Below are positions 1 to 15,000 of a DNA stretch of 64,000 nucleotides, one piece after another (positions within the stretch are counted from its first letter, which is position 1; every line of letters starts with the position of its first letter). A model generated the notes under the pieces. The model was not told where the DNA came from, did no database searches, and saw only the letters and a list, made by a program, of their open reading frames with translations. The position numbers were made by a program, and so were the translations under genes. Origin of the DNA: a virus (taxonomy: Duplodnaviria > Caudoviricetes); the IMG/VR virus record IMGVR_UViG_3300050343_000159; one strand, given 5' to 3'.

Positions 1-351
1 CATGATATCATGAAGGGTACTTATATCTGTACCATTGACAACTATCATGCAGATCCAGATGTGATTGATTATGCAACATCTGAGAATCCTGCAGAACATA
101 AGTCTCATAATCTGATTGAGTTGGATAACGGTCAATATGCCTTGTATCCAAACAATCGTATGAGAATCTTTGACAATAGTCTTACACCTGTAGATCCTAA
201 GATGCCTGACTTTAAGGTATCAACTGAATACTATTCTGTAGAGAATGGATTCGAACGATTGGGTATGGGGCGTGAAGACGAGTACTTTTGGAAAACCGCT
301 AAGGAGAGAGAAAATGAGCAACCAGGAATTCCTAAGGGAGATTGCGAATGA
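1..351 (+). CDS. Conserved cyanomyovirus hypothetical protein, probably 5'-truncated by the window edge
   Basis: ORF 10..351; the frame is open back to base 1 (CAT GAT ATC ATG). Codon usage resembles neighbouring genes. No recognisable catalytic motif. Confidence 0.6.
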   Translation, partial: HDIMKGTYICTIDNYHADPDVIDYATSENPAEHKSHNLIELDNGQYALYPNNRMRIFDNSLTPVDPKMPDFKVSTEYYSVENGFERLGMGREDEYFWKTAKERENEQPGIPKGDCE

Positions 352-475
352 TGAGAAAAATCCTCGACAAATGAAAAAGGTGAATACAGATGGACTCTTT
401 GAAACAACTGATTGTTCTGACCCTGATCATATCTGTACTTGTGGCTCTGAACAGGTAACACTAACTGAGGATTAG
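314..475 (+). CDS. Small hypothetical protein (53 aa, MSNQEFLREIANDEKNP...)
   Basis: Internal ATG at 314 of the 245..475 ORF, preceded by AAGGAGAGAG (SD-like). Ends just before a late-promoter-like site. Confidence 0.5.
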   Translation: MSNQEFLREIANDEKNPRQMKKVNTDGLFETTDCSDPDHICTCGSEQVTLTED

Positions 476-479
476 TGTT

Positions 480-486
480 CTAAATA
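480..486 (+). promoter_or_regulatory. Late (gp55-type) promoter variant CTAAATA upstream of g25
   Basis: TAAATA core 25 nt upstream of the g25 GTG start. Confidence 0.5.
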
Positions 487-510
487 AGGTAGATTTGTTG
501 TATCAAATAC

Positions 511-911
511 GTGCCTGCTGAAAGAATTAGCAAAGGGTTTAAAGACATCAGTGCAATCTTTGAAGTCAATCCGTTAAACGATGACTTGATTGTACTGAAG
601 AATTCTAATGCCATTGCTCGTTCTATTCGTAATTTAATCTTCACTAATCGTGGTGATAAACCCTTCAATCCATTTCTTGGTAGTAGGGTGACTGAAATGT
701 TGTTTGATCCTATGGATCAAATTAGTTCAGTATCAGTCAGGTCAGAAATTGAAAGAACTATTAATAGTTTTGAACCAAGAGTCAAACTTGAGAAAGTAAC
801 AGTTACTCCTGATTATGATGGCAATCAATATGATGTAGTATTAAATACCAAATCATTGGTATTGACGTTGATACACAACAACTCTCATTCGCCTTAGAGC
901 TTACCAGATAA
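511..911 (+). CDS. g25: Baseplate wedge subunit gp25 (one apparent 1-nt deletion near 844)
   Basis: Motifs ARSIRNLIFT, PFNPFLGS and FEPRV. Restoring one A at tta-aa-tac gives ...LKYQIIGIDVDTQQLSFALELTR with TAA at 909-911, abutting the g6 ATG at 912. Confidence 0.85.
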
Positions 912-3000
912 ATGCCTCTAGTAAATTTTAGTAATCTAGATTTCGATCAGATCAAGGCATCCATTAAAGATTATCTTCGTGCAAATTCAAACTTCACGGA
1001 TTATGATTTTGAAGGATCAAACTTATCTACGATAATTGATACTCTAGCATACAACACTTATATTACTTCATACAACGCCAACATGGTGACGAATGAAGTA
1101 TTCATTGATAGTGCAACATTGAGAGAGAATGTTGTATCACTATCTCGAAACGTAGGATATCTCCCAAGGTCAAGGAAAGCATCCGTAGCTAATATTTCTT
1201 TCTTAGTAGATGTATCTAATACTACAGCAACATCTGTTACTTTGAAATCTGGTATTGTAGGACTTTCTAGTAGTAAATCTAAAAAGAACCTTACGTTCTC
1301 AATTTCAAATGATATCACTGTTCCAGTTGATTCTGATGGTGTTGCAAACTTTACCAACATTGATGTATTTCAGGGTACATATTTAAAACAAACTTATACA
1401 GTATCTTCACGTAATAAAACACAGAAGTTTATTCTACCTAATTCTGGTGTTGATACTTCACTAATTCGTGTGAGTGTAAAGGAATCAGAATCTTCTACTG
1501 TTACTAGAGTGTTCAAACAGTTTGATAGTTTGTTTGAGGTAGGACCATCAGTCACCTGTATATTTCCTTCAAGAGATTGACTCTGAAAGATATGAATTAA
1601 TGTTTGGTGATGGAACATTTGGTGTATCACTACAAGAACCAAACTATATTGAAATTAATTATATTCAGTGATGGTGAATCGGGTAATGGAATATCGAGAA
1701 TAAGATACGCAGGAACACTTAGAGATAATAACAATAGCGCAATCACATCTGGTAGTATCACTTGTTACTGTTAATGAACCATCTTATGGTGGTAGTAGTA
1801 TTGAAAGTGTAGAATCAATCAAGAAGTATTCCACACAGATCTATTCATCACAGAATCGTGCAGTTACTGCTGGTGACTTTGAGGCAATCGTTCCTACTAT
1901 CTATCCTGAGACTGAATCTGTCTCAGCCTTTCGGTGGTGAAGAACTTACACCTCCACAATATGGAAAGGTATTTGTAAGTATCAAACCAACTAATGGTGT
2001 ATTCCTTTCAAGTACAATTAAAGAAAATATTAAGAGACAGATTAATAAGTATTCTGTAGCAGGTATTGTTACTGAGATTATTGATCTTAAGTATCTGTAT
2101 GTTGAAACAAACTCTAATGTTTATTACAACTCAAATCAGACACCTAATGCAAGTTTTGTTTCGAGTTTGGTAACACAGAACTCTGAATTATACGCCAATT
2201 CTACTGAGTTAAATAAGTTTGGGGCAAGGTTCAAATATAGTCAATTCCAAAAAATTATTGATGAAAGTCATGAGTCTATTACTTCTAATATCACAACTGT
2301 AGATATTAGAAGAGACCTACAGGCTACAATGAATAATTTTACTGAGTATGAAATTTGTTTTGGTAATCGTTTTCAGATTCTAAATCATGGACACGGTACA
2401 CACAATGGATCTATTGGATACAATATTCGTTCCTCAGGATTTAAGATTAGTGGTATATCCGATACTGTGTATCTTGGAGACAACCCTAATTTTGATTTGA
2501 AGACAGGAACTGTTTTCTTATTCAAACTCAACTCTCCTACTGAACCAGTGATTAAGAAGATCAATTGGAACTATTGATTACTTGAAAGGTGAGATTAAAC
2601 TCAACCCAATCAATATTATTTCTACTGATGTATTCCGTGGAACTAATTTGATTGAGATCTCAGCAACACCTTACTCAAATGATGTTATTGGATTACAAGA
2701 TCTGTATCTCCAATTAGACCCCTTTAATATGAAGGTAAATATGGTAACAGATAGAATTGCAACAGGAAGTGATGTTTCTGGAACAAACTATCTCGTATCC
2801 TCAAGTTATGCAAATAACTTGGTAAGAAGAACTCCAATAGTTTCTTCTTCTACATCTACTGATTCTACTGACTCTGGATCAACATCAATTTCTTCTAGAG
2901 TTTCTGTAACACCAAATTACACTTCACCAACTAGTTCAACTCATCATCTAGTTCATCATCTAGTTCATCATCTAGTTCAACTTCATCATATTCCTACTAA
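912..3000 (+). CDS. g6: Baseplate wedge subunit gp6 (several apparent indel frameshifts; Ser-rich C-terminal tail)
   Basis: N-terminus DFDQIKASIKDYLRANSNFTDYDFEGSNLSTIIDTLAYNT and internal GGEELTPPQYGKVFVSIKP. Fragments 912..1580, 1858..2577 and 2582..~2940 join by hand; the final frame ends SSYSY with TAA at 2998-3000. Confidence 0.85.
2941..2976 (+). repeat. 12-bp tandem repeat (TCATCATCTAGT)x3 encoding poly-Ser at the gp6 C-terminus
   Basis: Three exact copies at 2941, 2953 and 2965, flanked by degenerate copies. Confidence 0.9.
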
Positions 3001-3009
3001 TATCAGAAA

Positions 3010-6000
3010 ATGGCAGTAGATAGAGTTCAGTTCCAGGATATTGTTGAGAGTCAATTTCCTAGATATGTTTTGGAAGACTTCCCTCTTCTTCCAGAATTCA
3101 TAAAGCAATATTATAAGTCACAAGAGTATCAAGGTGGTACTTTTGATTTGGTTCAAAATATTGACAAGTATATTAAGGTTGATGAATTATTCTCCCTTAA
3201 GACTTCTACCCAACTGAATGGTGAACTGGATTATACTGCCACAACAATCCCCACATCATCTCTCACAAACTTTACTGAAGGATTTCCTGAGACTAATGGT
3301 CTTATCAAGATTGATCAGGAAATCATTCACTACGAATCGATTAGTAATAATTCCTTTATCAACTGTACCAGAGGGTTCAGTGGTATCACAACATATGTCT
3401 CTGGCAATCAACCAGATCAACTGACGTTCAATCAAACAGAAGCTGCAGAACATACAGATAATTCAGTTATCCAAAACCTGAATGTTATTTTCCTTCAGGA
3501 GTTCTTTAGTAAGTTAAAGAATCAGATTGCACCTGGTTTCAATGATAGACAGTTCTTCTCTGACTTGGATCAGAGAAACTTTCTATACAATGTAGATAGT
3601 TTCTATAAATCAAAAGGAACAGATCAATCATTTAAGATTCTCTTCAGAGCTTTATATGGAGAAGAAGTAGAGATCATCAAACCAAGTGAGTTTCTGTTCA
3701 GACCTTCTGATGCAGATTACAAAGTAGAGAAAGACTTTGTTGTAGAACAAGTTGCAGGTGATCCACTAGAACTTAAAAATCTCACTCTCTTCCAGGACTC
3801 TACAAACTCTAGAGGTTCTGTATCTGATGTTAAACCAATCAATTATGGTGACAAACAATATTATCAGATAAGTATTGACTCTGGATATGCTAGAGATATC
3901 AGTGTTACTGGTTCTATCTTTGGTGAGTTTAAAGTTAATCCTAAAACAAAACTTCTGAACAATGTAAGTGTTGGCGCAACTATTCTTGATGTTGATTCAA
4001 CTATTGGTTTTCCAGATACTGGAAACCTAATCCTCAAGGATAATGTAGGTGATATAGTTGCTATTGCATACACTGGAAAGAGTATCAACCAGTTCTTCAA
4101 TGTTAGTGGAGTTTATGATACTTTCTCATCAAAAGAAGATATTCGTTTAGATGATTATTCATATGCATATGTTGGATTTGATACTAGTAATCAGATTCAG
4201 GTTCGTATTACTTCTACTCTTAAAGAATTCAAACTGAATCAAGATTCATACTTCTATAATGAAGGTGATACTATCAATATCCAAACTCTTGGTATTGAGA
4301 GAGGTGATGAAAGATCTCAGAACTGGTATTCTAATGTTAAAACAGAATGGAATATTGAAGATATTGAACTGGTTGATGAATTGGAGAAATCATATTTCAT
4401 CACTCTATTTGATAGTCACTTTTTAAGACCTGGATATCAGATTACACTAACAAGTAATAGTGGATTACAACTCCCTGGAATTGTAATCAGATCTTCATCT
4501 GCGAATACCTTTCTTGCAAAACTGGCAGCAAACATTGGTAGTATTTCGTATATCAAAGTTGAGAATCAACTCCTCAAAGGAAACTCTGGTAAGTATTCTA
4601 CTCTGAACAACTTTGTTGCTAATGTTCAGAATGTATATCAGAAGTTTAATGGTGATGTAGTAGTTGCATCAAACTCACTTCCTAACTACTCAAACATTTT
4701 CACTGATCCTTATGATAAAAAGATCACATTCTCTGGTTCTTCTTCTGATCTTGAAACTCTTGTTCTCACTACAAATCAAGATCATGGTTTCTTAAATGGT
4801 GATGCCATCTTCTACAAACCAGGTATTATAAATCAACAACAATTAGCTCCTGATGGAATCACAGTTACAACTGAAGTAGAAAGTAAATTTGAAATGTAGA
4901 TGCTAATGTTTATTATGTGAAGAGAGTTAACTCTACAAGTATCAAACTTGCAAGATCTAGAGCAGATATTTTTTCTGAAAAGTTTGTAACTCTGTCTGGT
5001 ACTGTATAGATAATGAGTTTATCTATTATGATTTCTATAATAAGAAACTTTCTCCACAGAATATTGTAAGAGAGGTTCTTACACCAATAATAAATCTGGT
5101 AACTATCTAACTGAACCTGGTTATAGTGGTATTTTGATTAATGGTGTTGAGATTCTTAACTACAAATCTGGAGAAGGTTTAAAGTATGGTGATCTCAGAT
5201 CTCTTGAAATCACTAATCCTGGTGAAGATTATGATATCATCAATCCTCCTGTATTGAGTATTGTTGATGACTATGGTAGTGGTGCAGAAGGAACTGTATC
5301 AATCGAAGGAGAGTTAGTAGGTCTAAACCTAATCGACCGCGGTTTTGGCTATCTAGATGTTCCTACAGTAACTATCACTGGTGGTAACCCCACAGAGGAA
5401 GCTGTTGCTGAAGTGAATATGACGAGTATCGTTCACTCACTCAATTTCAACTCAGAACTTTCTGCAAGAAGAATTGATCTTGGAAATAATACTATTGGAT
5501 TCTCAACATTCCACAAACTCAATCTTGCGGATAAGGTATTCTATGATGCTAAAGATGGTAATCCAATTGCTGGTCTCTCTACCAATGCTTTCTATTATGT
5601 TGAACTAGTAGATACTTCTACTATCAAACTTCATACTTCAGAGGATAATGCAAGAGTTGGAATCAATACAGTTGATATTACTAGTTTCGGAACAGGGGTT
5701 CAGGCTATCACGGCTGTTGGTAGTAGAAAGATTGTAGCAGATATCTATATTACAAATCCTGGTAAAGGTTATAAAAATAATCAGAAGACATATTCCAGTA
5801 ACAGGAATTAACACAGCAAGTAATCGTTTCAATATTCCTAACCATGGTTACAACTCTGGTGAGATTATTAAGTACTCCACCACAACTACTGGTATTGTTG
5901 GACTTTCTACTGTAGAGAACTACTATGTTAATAGGGTAGATGACAATAACTTCTCTCTATCTTTGGTAGGTACTGGTGTAACTGATAAGAAGTATTTCTA

Positions 6001-9000
6001 TGATAGAAATATATTGGTTGATATCTCTAATTGGTAATGGTAGTTTTAATTATCTTCCTATTGAAGTTAAACTTGATGGCATTGTTGGTGTTAATACAGT
6101 TTCAGGTCAGGACTTTCAGTGCAAAGTTCAACCTCTCTTTAGAGGATCAATTCAATCTGTTGATCTTACAGACAATGGTGTGGCTTATGGATCATCAGAG
6201 ATCATCAACTTTAATAGACAACCAAATATTTCATTCAACAGTGGTAAAGATGCACAACTGACACCTATTGTAAGCAATTCAAGAATTGTTGATATTATTG
6301 TAAATGATGGTGGATCTGGTACAATTCTCCTCCAAATCTTATTGTTACAGGTGAAGGTAAATTTGCAAAACTTACACCAATCATTGAGGGTGGTGTAATC
6401 ACTTCTGTCAAGATCATGAGTGGTGGTAGTGGTTATGTTAGTGGATCGACCAATATTCAAGTAGAACCTGCAGGTAAGTATGGTGAAACACAAGCTGTAA
6501 TCAGAAACTGGAATATCAACCTCTTTGAAAGAGATTTTGATAATATTGGTGTTGATGATGGTTTTGTGAGTGAGAGTATTGATGACAACTTCACTTGAAT
6601 ATTGTCATCTCTATGCACCAAGACCTCTTGAGATCTAATACTTATGTTATCTCTGGTAGTGACGAAACACAGTATGGTATCTCTGATCTTACATTGGCTG
6701 GTGGTATAGAGAAAACAAGTTCTTATCACTCACCTATTCTTGGTTGGGCATATGATGGTAACCCCATCTATGGTCCTTATGGATTTACTGATCCACAGGG
6801 TGGTAATATTTCTCAGATGATTTCTGGGTATGAACTAAGAACTAATCCTACCAATAGACCACCAACATCATTGTTCCCTCTCGGATATTTTATTGAGGAT
6901 TATATTTTTACAGATAGAGGTGATCTTGATATCTCATAATGGTCGTTTCTGTGTAACTCCTGATTATCCAACTGGTAGATATTGTTATTTCTCAACTCTG
7001 AATACTTTTAGTGTTGATTCTACTGGTCCTTTTAAAAACTATAGAAGACCTGTATTCCCATACTTGATTGGTGACACATTCTACTCTAAACCAAATGTCA
7101 CTAACTTTGGTGTGTTGAGTAATCAAAATGATTACAATCTGGAGAATGGTGAGTGGTTTAGAAACACGATTGCATATCATACTAATGATGACAATAGTGG
7201 TTATGATTATGTGTTCAATTCTGATAAAGAAAGAAATCAATCATTAGATATTGTAAGTGCATCTAAAGGATCTGTTGAGAGTATTGGTATTATTACCGGT
7301 GGTAATTTTTACAAAGTCAATGATCGTATTCTAATTAATAATGAAGGAACTAGTGGAACTGATGCACAAGGTCGTGTAGATAGAGTATCTGGTGTTGATG
7401 TAAATTATATTAACTTTGAGACTACAGGTTTAGATAATATTGAGTTTGGAAACATTAACAATTTAAATCAATTTATTGGTTTCTCTACTGAGTCTATTCC
7501 ATTCAACACTGGTGATATAGTAACTATCTCTGGTCTATCTACAACCTTCAGTGGTTATTCTGGAGTTACTAATGTCAGACTTGGTATCAGAACAGATAAC
7601 TTTGTATTGACTCTTGGGGTCGGTTCTACAGGTGTTACAGGTCTTACCACATACTTCTATGTGTCTGGTGATCTAAACTATCCAACCATTCGTGAGAATG
7701 ACATTCTTGGTATTGGAACAGAGAATATTAGAGTTCTGAATATCGATAATAAAGCAAGAAGAATTCGTGTTAGAAGAGAATATGATGGTATCTCTTGTGG
7801 TCTGGCACACACTAACAGTTCAATTCTATTCGAAGATCCTCGCAAGTTCCGCATTAACGTTGGTGCTCTGAAGACAACCAATGCTCTTGAGATCAATAAA
7901 GAATATTATTTCTATCCACAAGAAGTTGTAGGTGTTGGTACTGTTGGTGTTGGTTCTACTATAACCTTCTCTAACCCTGGTGTAGGTGTCACCCAGATGT
8001 TTGTTCCTACTAAACAGATCTATCTACCAGATCATGGTTTGAGATGTAAATGATAGACTTTACTACAACAGGCAGGGTGGAACTGCTATTGGTGTTTGGA
8101 ATGGAATCACTACTACATTCAAGAATTTAGACACATATGATTTCTATTATACAGCTCCTGTAAGTAGAGATTTTATTGGTCTTTCTACCAATAAGATTGG
8201 TATGGGAACTGAGGCACAATTTGTTGGAGTTGGAACAACTTCGGGACTTCTTTACTTTACATCTGTTCCTACTGATGATTACCACAGTTTCCTTACAGAT
8301 AAAGATAATGTACTGACTGGTAGAATCTCCAGAACAACAGTCAATGTTGCAACTTCTGGAACACACGGTCTTTCGGTTGCTGATACTGTATACATTTCTG
8401 TCAAACCAACTGACACTAAGACAGTAAATGTTACTTATGATGATTCTTCTAGAAGAATCTTATTTGATCCTGAGAGTATTACTGCAACCAATACTGTCAA
8501 AAACACTGTGGCTATCACAGGTCATGATTTTGTTAAAGGTGATAAAGTTCTTTATAGAGAAGGCTCTTCGCCTATCGGTGGTTTAAATGACGATCAGTTG
8601 TATTATGTCTATCCATATGACAAAAACTCTGTTCAATTTGTTAGTGAGAGATTCCAACTATCAAAAGATAGACCACCAGTTGTTGATATCACATCAACTG
8701 GTAATGGTACTCTTTTCAAGATTAATCCACCACTATATGTAAAGAGAAACAATAAACTTAAATTTGATCTTTCTGATCCATCACTTTCCTTTGTTGTCAG
8801 TGGTGTTCGTTATTCTGCTTTTGAGTTAAGACTTTATAGTGATAGTGAGTATACCAATGTGTATGACACGTCTGGAACTAAAACTACCTTTGAAGTTACA
8901 ACTTCTGGACGACCTGGTATCGATGTAGATGCAAATCTAACTCTATTGGTATCTGATGAAGTTCCAACAAACTTGTGGTATAAATTTGTTCCTATTAACA

Positions 9001-12000
9001 ATGATATCATTACTAATGTTAAGAAAGAAATCTTTATTGATACTGATGTAAATTCTCATCAAGAAATCAGTGTAGAGAAAACTAGGTATAATGGTGTTTA
9101 CAACATTAGTGGTATTGGATCAACCACGTTCAGTTACAATGTTTCTTTAGAACCTGATGTTTCAACATACAATGTTGAGAATTCAGTGACCACATATGAA
9201 ACCACATCATCTACGGCTCTTGGTCCAATTAGTCGTATCTCGATGTTAGATAATGGTAGTAACTATGATATTATTCCTGGTATCAACACGGTAACTACAT
9301 CACATGGTGGTGGTTGTATTCTTAAACCACAAAGCACTTCTATTGGTAAGATTAAAAGGGTAACTTTCAATTCACAGAATATTGGATTTGATTATCCAAC
9401 TGATGAAACTCTAAGACCTATTGCTAACCCACCTGAAATTCTTGAATTAGAATCTCTAACATCATTCGAGTCTATTGGTATTAGTTCTGGTGGTAGAAAT
9501 TATCTGAGAGCACCAAGCTTGGTTGTTCTTGATGGATTTACAAGAGAAGTTGTTGAGATTTAGCTCTTACTTACAGTCTTGGAGATAATCAAGTTACTAT
9601 TCTCCAAAACTCTACAGGAATGTATAATGTATCACCAGAAATAATTCCTGTTGATAATACAAATGGTATTGGTATCGCGTCTCTGGCATACACCCCATCA
9701 ACTAAGACTGTCAGACTTTATTTGAACAGTACATTTAGTGACGCTAGTGCATTCCCATATGATGTTGGTAGTAAGATCTTTGTTGAAAATTTGAATGTTG
9801 GTGTCAATTCTACAGCTAAAGGATATAACTCTGAAAACTATAGTTACCAGTTCTTCACTGTAACTGCTTCCGACTCCAATCTTGGTGGTGGTCCTGGCGC
9901 ATATGTTGATTATAGTCTTAAAGAATATCTGAATGATAGTGATGTTCCTGGTAATGTAGATCTACCAAATTCATCTGGTAGAGTTATTTCTGTTGACCAT
10001 TTCCCAATTTTCAACTCTACACTCACAACAAATGATTTCTTTGAAAATGAAGTAATCTGTATACAAAGGAAAACAAACTGGTAGGGTTGAATCCTGGAAT
10101 CCAGTTACTGAAATCCTTAAGGTTGATACTTCTAAAGAATATGAAGTTGGTCAAATTGTAAAAGGTTTATCTTCTGATACTCAAGCTGTCATTAAAACTA
10201 AAATTGATTTTGATGCTGAAATTACTACAGGTGCTGGTGCAACTATAACTTATGGTTGGCAGAAGAACACAGGTTTCTTGAATGATTCCTTACAAAGAAT
10301 CCCCAACAATGAGTATTATCAAACATTCTCATATTCTATCAAATCTAGAATTCCTTATGACACCTGGGAAGATCCAGTATCTGCACTCAACCATACCTCT
10401 GGATATAAAGAGTTCTCCGACCTTCAAGTCATCAGTATTGAAGATCAACCGTTGGCTATCGCACAACCTTTTGACTCTGATGTTGACACTACTACCGATA
10501 TTGTTGGTAGAGCAAGTCTCCACTGTTTCTATGATTTTGATTATGTAACTGAGAGTAACAATATTATAAATGGTGTTCTGTCCTCTGATGAAATTTTCTT
10601 TGAGAATAGAATTCTCTCAGATTACTTCCAATCCGTTGGTAACAGAGTTCTTGACATTGATGACTTTAGTGGTGAGTTCTTCAGTAATGAAAGACCTACT
10701 AAGTATAGTGATATTGATGCATTTGAGTTCAATGACATCTATAACAAAATATTCACATTTGTAAGAGATAGAATCTTTACAGATGAGAGACAGTTCTCTA
10801 TTGTTTCACTGATTCAAAGTGAAAGTATTGGATATATGCAACAATATGCGACAATAGAAACTTATCCAGAACTTGGATACTTTGATTACTTCTCAACTGC
10901 TGATGGTTGGAATCTTCAGTTCCACCCTGTAAAGTTTGCGAACAACACATATGACACATCTACTATTTCTATCAGTATCAAGGACAATATAACCTCTATT
11001 GGTAGTAGTAATATTGGTAGTGTTGCTCTTGTAGATACTAATAGAGAAACAACACCTAATAACACATTAGAAACTATTGTATCTGTATCATCTACTTTCA
11101 GATCCGTTAAAGCTCTTGTTCTTCAAGAAGATGAGAACGGTGAATATGCATCTAATGAGTTTAACCTGATCCATGATGGAACTGATGTTCATATGGTGGA
11201 ATATGGTGAGATGCAAACCAAACCTGGTTCATACTCATCTACTGGATTTGGCACTTTTGGATCTAAATTGTCTGGTGGTAATATTATTCTCGAATATACA
11301 CCAAATGTCGGAACAGCAGTTACAACAAATACTTCTATTGTAGCTATATCTGACTCTGCAACTGGCATCTCTTCACTAACATTCCAAGAATCCAGATTGA
11401 ACTCTGGATTTAAGAATATTGCATCTTCTGGATCACCATCAGCTAATACAATCCTTCAGTTTGAGGAACCATACTCAACTGGTTACTATATTGTATCTGT
11501 TAAAGATACAACTAACTCTCAGTATGAGATGTTTGAAGTTTGTGTTATCGCTTCTGAATCGAATCACGGTTTTGTAGAGTTTGCAAACATCCGTACTGGT
11601 AATAGTATTGGTCAGATCGGATTCACAACAACTGGTAAGTATAGAAACTTAACTTATACACCCAATGCAAGTACAGCTGTTCAAGTCAGAACATTTGGTA
11701 TTGAACAGAAGATCTATGACGCTGATGTGAGTGCTCCAATCAATTTGGATCTCAACAATGTTGATATTAAATCAGATACAGGATTGTATAGAGGTACTAA
11801 ACTTGATCTGAGAACTGCATTTGATCTAAAACATGATGGTCTTCCAATCTTCCAGAGACAATTTGCTGGCAATACCGCAACAACATTTGATTTTGATCAG
11901 AATACACTATTCCTCAAAGAACACTTCTTTGTTACTGGTGAAAATGTTACTTACTCTTATGCTGGTAATGAAACAGAACAGGCTATTGGAATTGCTGCAA

Positions 12001-15000
12001 CTAGTGTAGCTGGTATTGGTGTTACTAACAAACTTCCTAGAGATTTGTTTGTTGTTAAGATTGGAGATGGTAGTGTCAGATTTGCAGAAAGTGCAGAGAA
12101 GGCACTAAGATTAAATCCAGAGGTATTCCAGTTTACCTCAGTTGGTATCGGAACCTCTCATAACATCACAGCTAAGAAACAGAACTCCAAGGCTCTGATC
12201 GCTGTTGATAATATGATTCAGGCTCCTCTATCTGAAACAAAAATCGTAACATCTCTCAATGATAATATTATATTTGATTCTATATTCCCAACAACTGGTA
12301 TAACATCTATTGCTGCAGCTGATCTAATCAAGATTGGTAATGAGGTGATGCGTGTTGTCTCTGTTGGTGTTGCTGGAGCCGGAAATCTGACTGTCCAGAG
12401 AGGACAACTTGGAACAAACTTACAACCTCATGGTGTTGGATCTACTATCACTAAAATGAGTGGTACTTATAATATTGTTGGAAGTACTCTGAACTTCGTC
12501 TCTCCACCATATGGAGCTATCCCACTCTCTACCACATCATCTGCACCTTCTGAGAGAGATTATACTGGTTTGACTACACATTCTACTTTCCAAGGTAGAA
12601 CCTTTATGAGAACTGCTCCTGTCAATACCGACAAAGAGACATATTTCGCTAACCACGTATTTGATGATGTATCAAATAACTTCACAGGTCTTAGAAGTGA
12701 GTTTAGACTTACCAGTGAAGGTCAGAATACTACAGGGTTCTCAACAGATAACGCTATTATTCTGATCAACAATATCTTCCAGGAACCACAAGGTGCTCAG
12801 GCAAATCAAGGAACCTATGATCTTTCTGAAACTGCCTCTGGTATTTCTTCAATCAGATTTGAAGAAAGTGGAGCAGCTTATGGTTATGATCCCAATAGAA
12901 GTAATCTTCCTATTGGTGGTTTTATTGTTTCTATTGGATCAACAGAAGGTGGTGGATATCAACCTTTGATTGGAGCTGGTGGTACAGTTACTGTATCTAC
13001 AGCTGGAACAATTACCTCTGTAAGTATTGGTAACTCTGGATCTGGTTATAGATCAGGACTAGGAACAGTATTTGTTGGTGTTCAAACTTCTAGTATCGGA
13101 ACTCCTAATATTCAAATCATTGGTAAAGCTACTGTATCTGGTGGCAATGTTACCGGTGTCACAATTACTAACCCTGGATCTGGTTATACCTCAACTAACT
13201 TACCTGAACTTGTAATTGATGATCCTGCTTCATATACAAACATTCCTCTGGTCTATAGTGGAAGTTCTGTACAGGTGATCGGTCAATCCGCAACTATCGA
13301 TATTCAAGTTGGAGCTGGTGGTAGTGTTGTTGATTATCAACTGAAACAGGAAGGTTTCGCTTATGGTAATGGTGAGATTCTAACTGTTCCTGTTGGTGGA
13401 GCAACTGGTATTCCTACCAGTGGATCCTTTAGTGAGTTCCAGATTACTGTTGATGAAATCTATCAAGATGATTTCAATGGTTTCTCTATTGGACAACTTC
13501 AGGTTCTTGATAACTTTGATTCACAATTTGATGGTTTAAGTAGAAGTTTTAGATTATCAGTCAATGATGTCGCACTTTCAATTCAATCAGCACCTGGATC
13601 ACCTATTGAAGTTGACAAAACACTATTGATCTTCATTAATGATGTTCTTCAACAACCTGAAGTTGCATATAACTTTACTGGTGGTGGTACAGTTCAGTTC
13701 GTTGAACCACCAGAACCTGGTGATAGTTCAAAAGTACTATTCTATAAGGGTAGTGGAGATGTTGATGTTGTATTCACTGATATTCTGGAAACAGTTAAAA
13801 CTGGTGATACATTAGATATCAACAATAATCCAGAACAGGGACAGGGAACTTCATTGGATGAAGATGTGAGAACTGTTGTTGGTATTAATACTATTGATAG
13901 TGTTCAAACCACTACCTATAGTGGTCCTGGTGTTACTAATGATACAACTCTCAGTAGACCTCTGACGTGGTGTAAGCAACAGGTTGATAAGATCATTAAT
14001 GGACAAGAAATAGGTAAGGATAGAGTTGAATATGAACCTCTGATTTATCCAACTTCTTATCTGATTCAACCAATCAGTTTGGCTTCAACGATTGCTTATG
14101 TTGATAGTGTAAGACCTCTCTTTGATACTTATACTGAGTCAGGTGATAGAGATTTCCAGAACAAGATCAAGATTTTATCTCAAGATACTTTAGTTTCAGC
14201 ATCTGCTACAGCTACTGTTTCTGGACTTGGAACTGTCTCTATTAATATAACCAACGTTGGTTCTGGATACACTGTGGCTCCAACACTGAGTATCGCTAAT
14301 CCTTCTGATGGAACAAGAGCTACTGGAACATTGTCACTCTCTAGTGGTAGTGTTGGTGTTGTAACTATTACCAACCCTGGAACTGGTTATACAAATACCA
14401 ATCCTCCTTCAGTTCTCATCTCTGAGCCAACTATCGTAAGAGAAGAGATTGGTGTTGATGATTATAGTGGTGATTATGGTGTTTTAGTTGGATTCGGCCT
14501 ATCAACTGTATCTGGTGGAAATGAAATAATCCTTGATTTCTATATTCCTACTGATTCGTTTATGAGAGATAGTGAATATGTTGGAACTGGTATCACAGTT
14601 AGTGGTATTGGAACTGGTGATTACTTCTCAGTATTCAACTCAAATATTGAAACAACTGAAACTGTCGATTCTAAAAGAATCGATAGAACCCCTATTGGAA
14701 TCACTACATCATTTATTGATTGTGTATATCAAGTTAAGAGTACTTACACTCTTGAGAAAAATGTTATCGGTATTGGTACTACCACTGTAAGAAGGGTATT
14801 TGTTAATGTTGGTAATATCTCAACTGAGTCATTCTCTTCTTCTTTGATTACTTTCGATTCTTCTTCATATACCCTTGATACTAGAACCTTTACTGTATAC
14901 GCAGGTGGAATTAGTTCTGCTTCTAATATGGGTAGATTCAGTTGGGGTAAGATTCAATTCGAAGGAAGAACATCACCACAAGAATTTAGTTTCTATGGCA

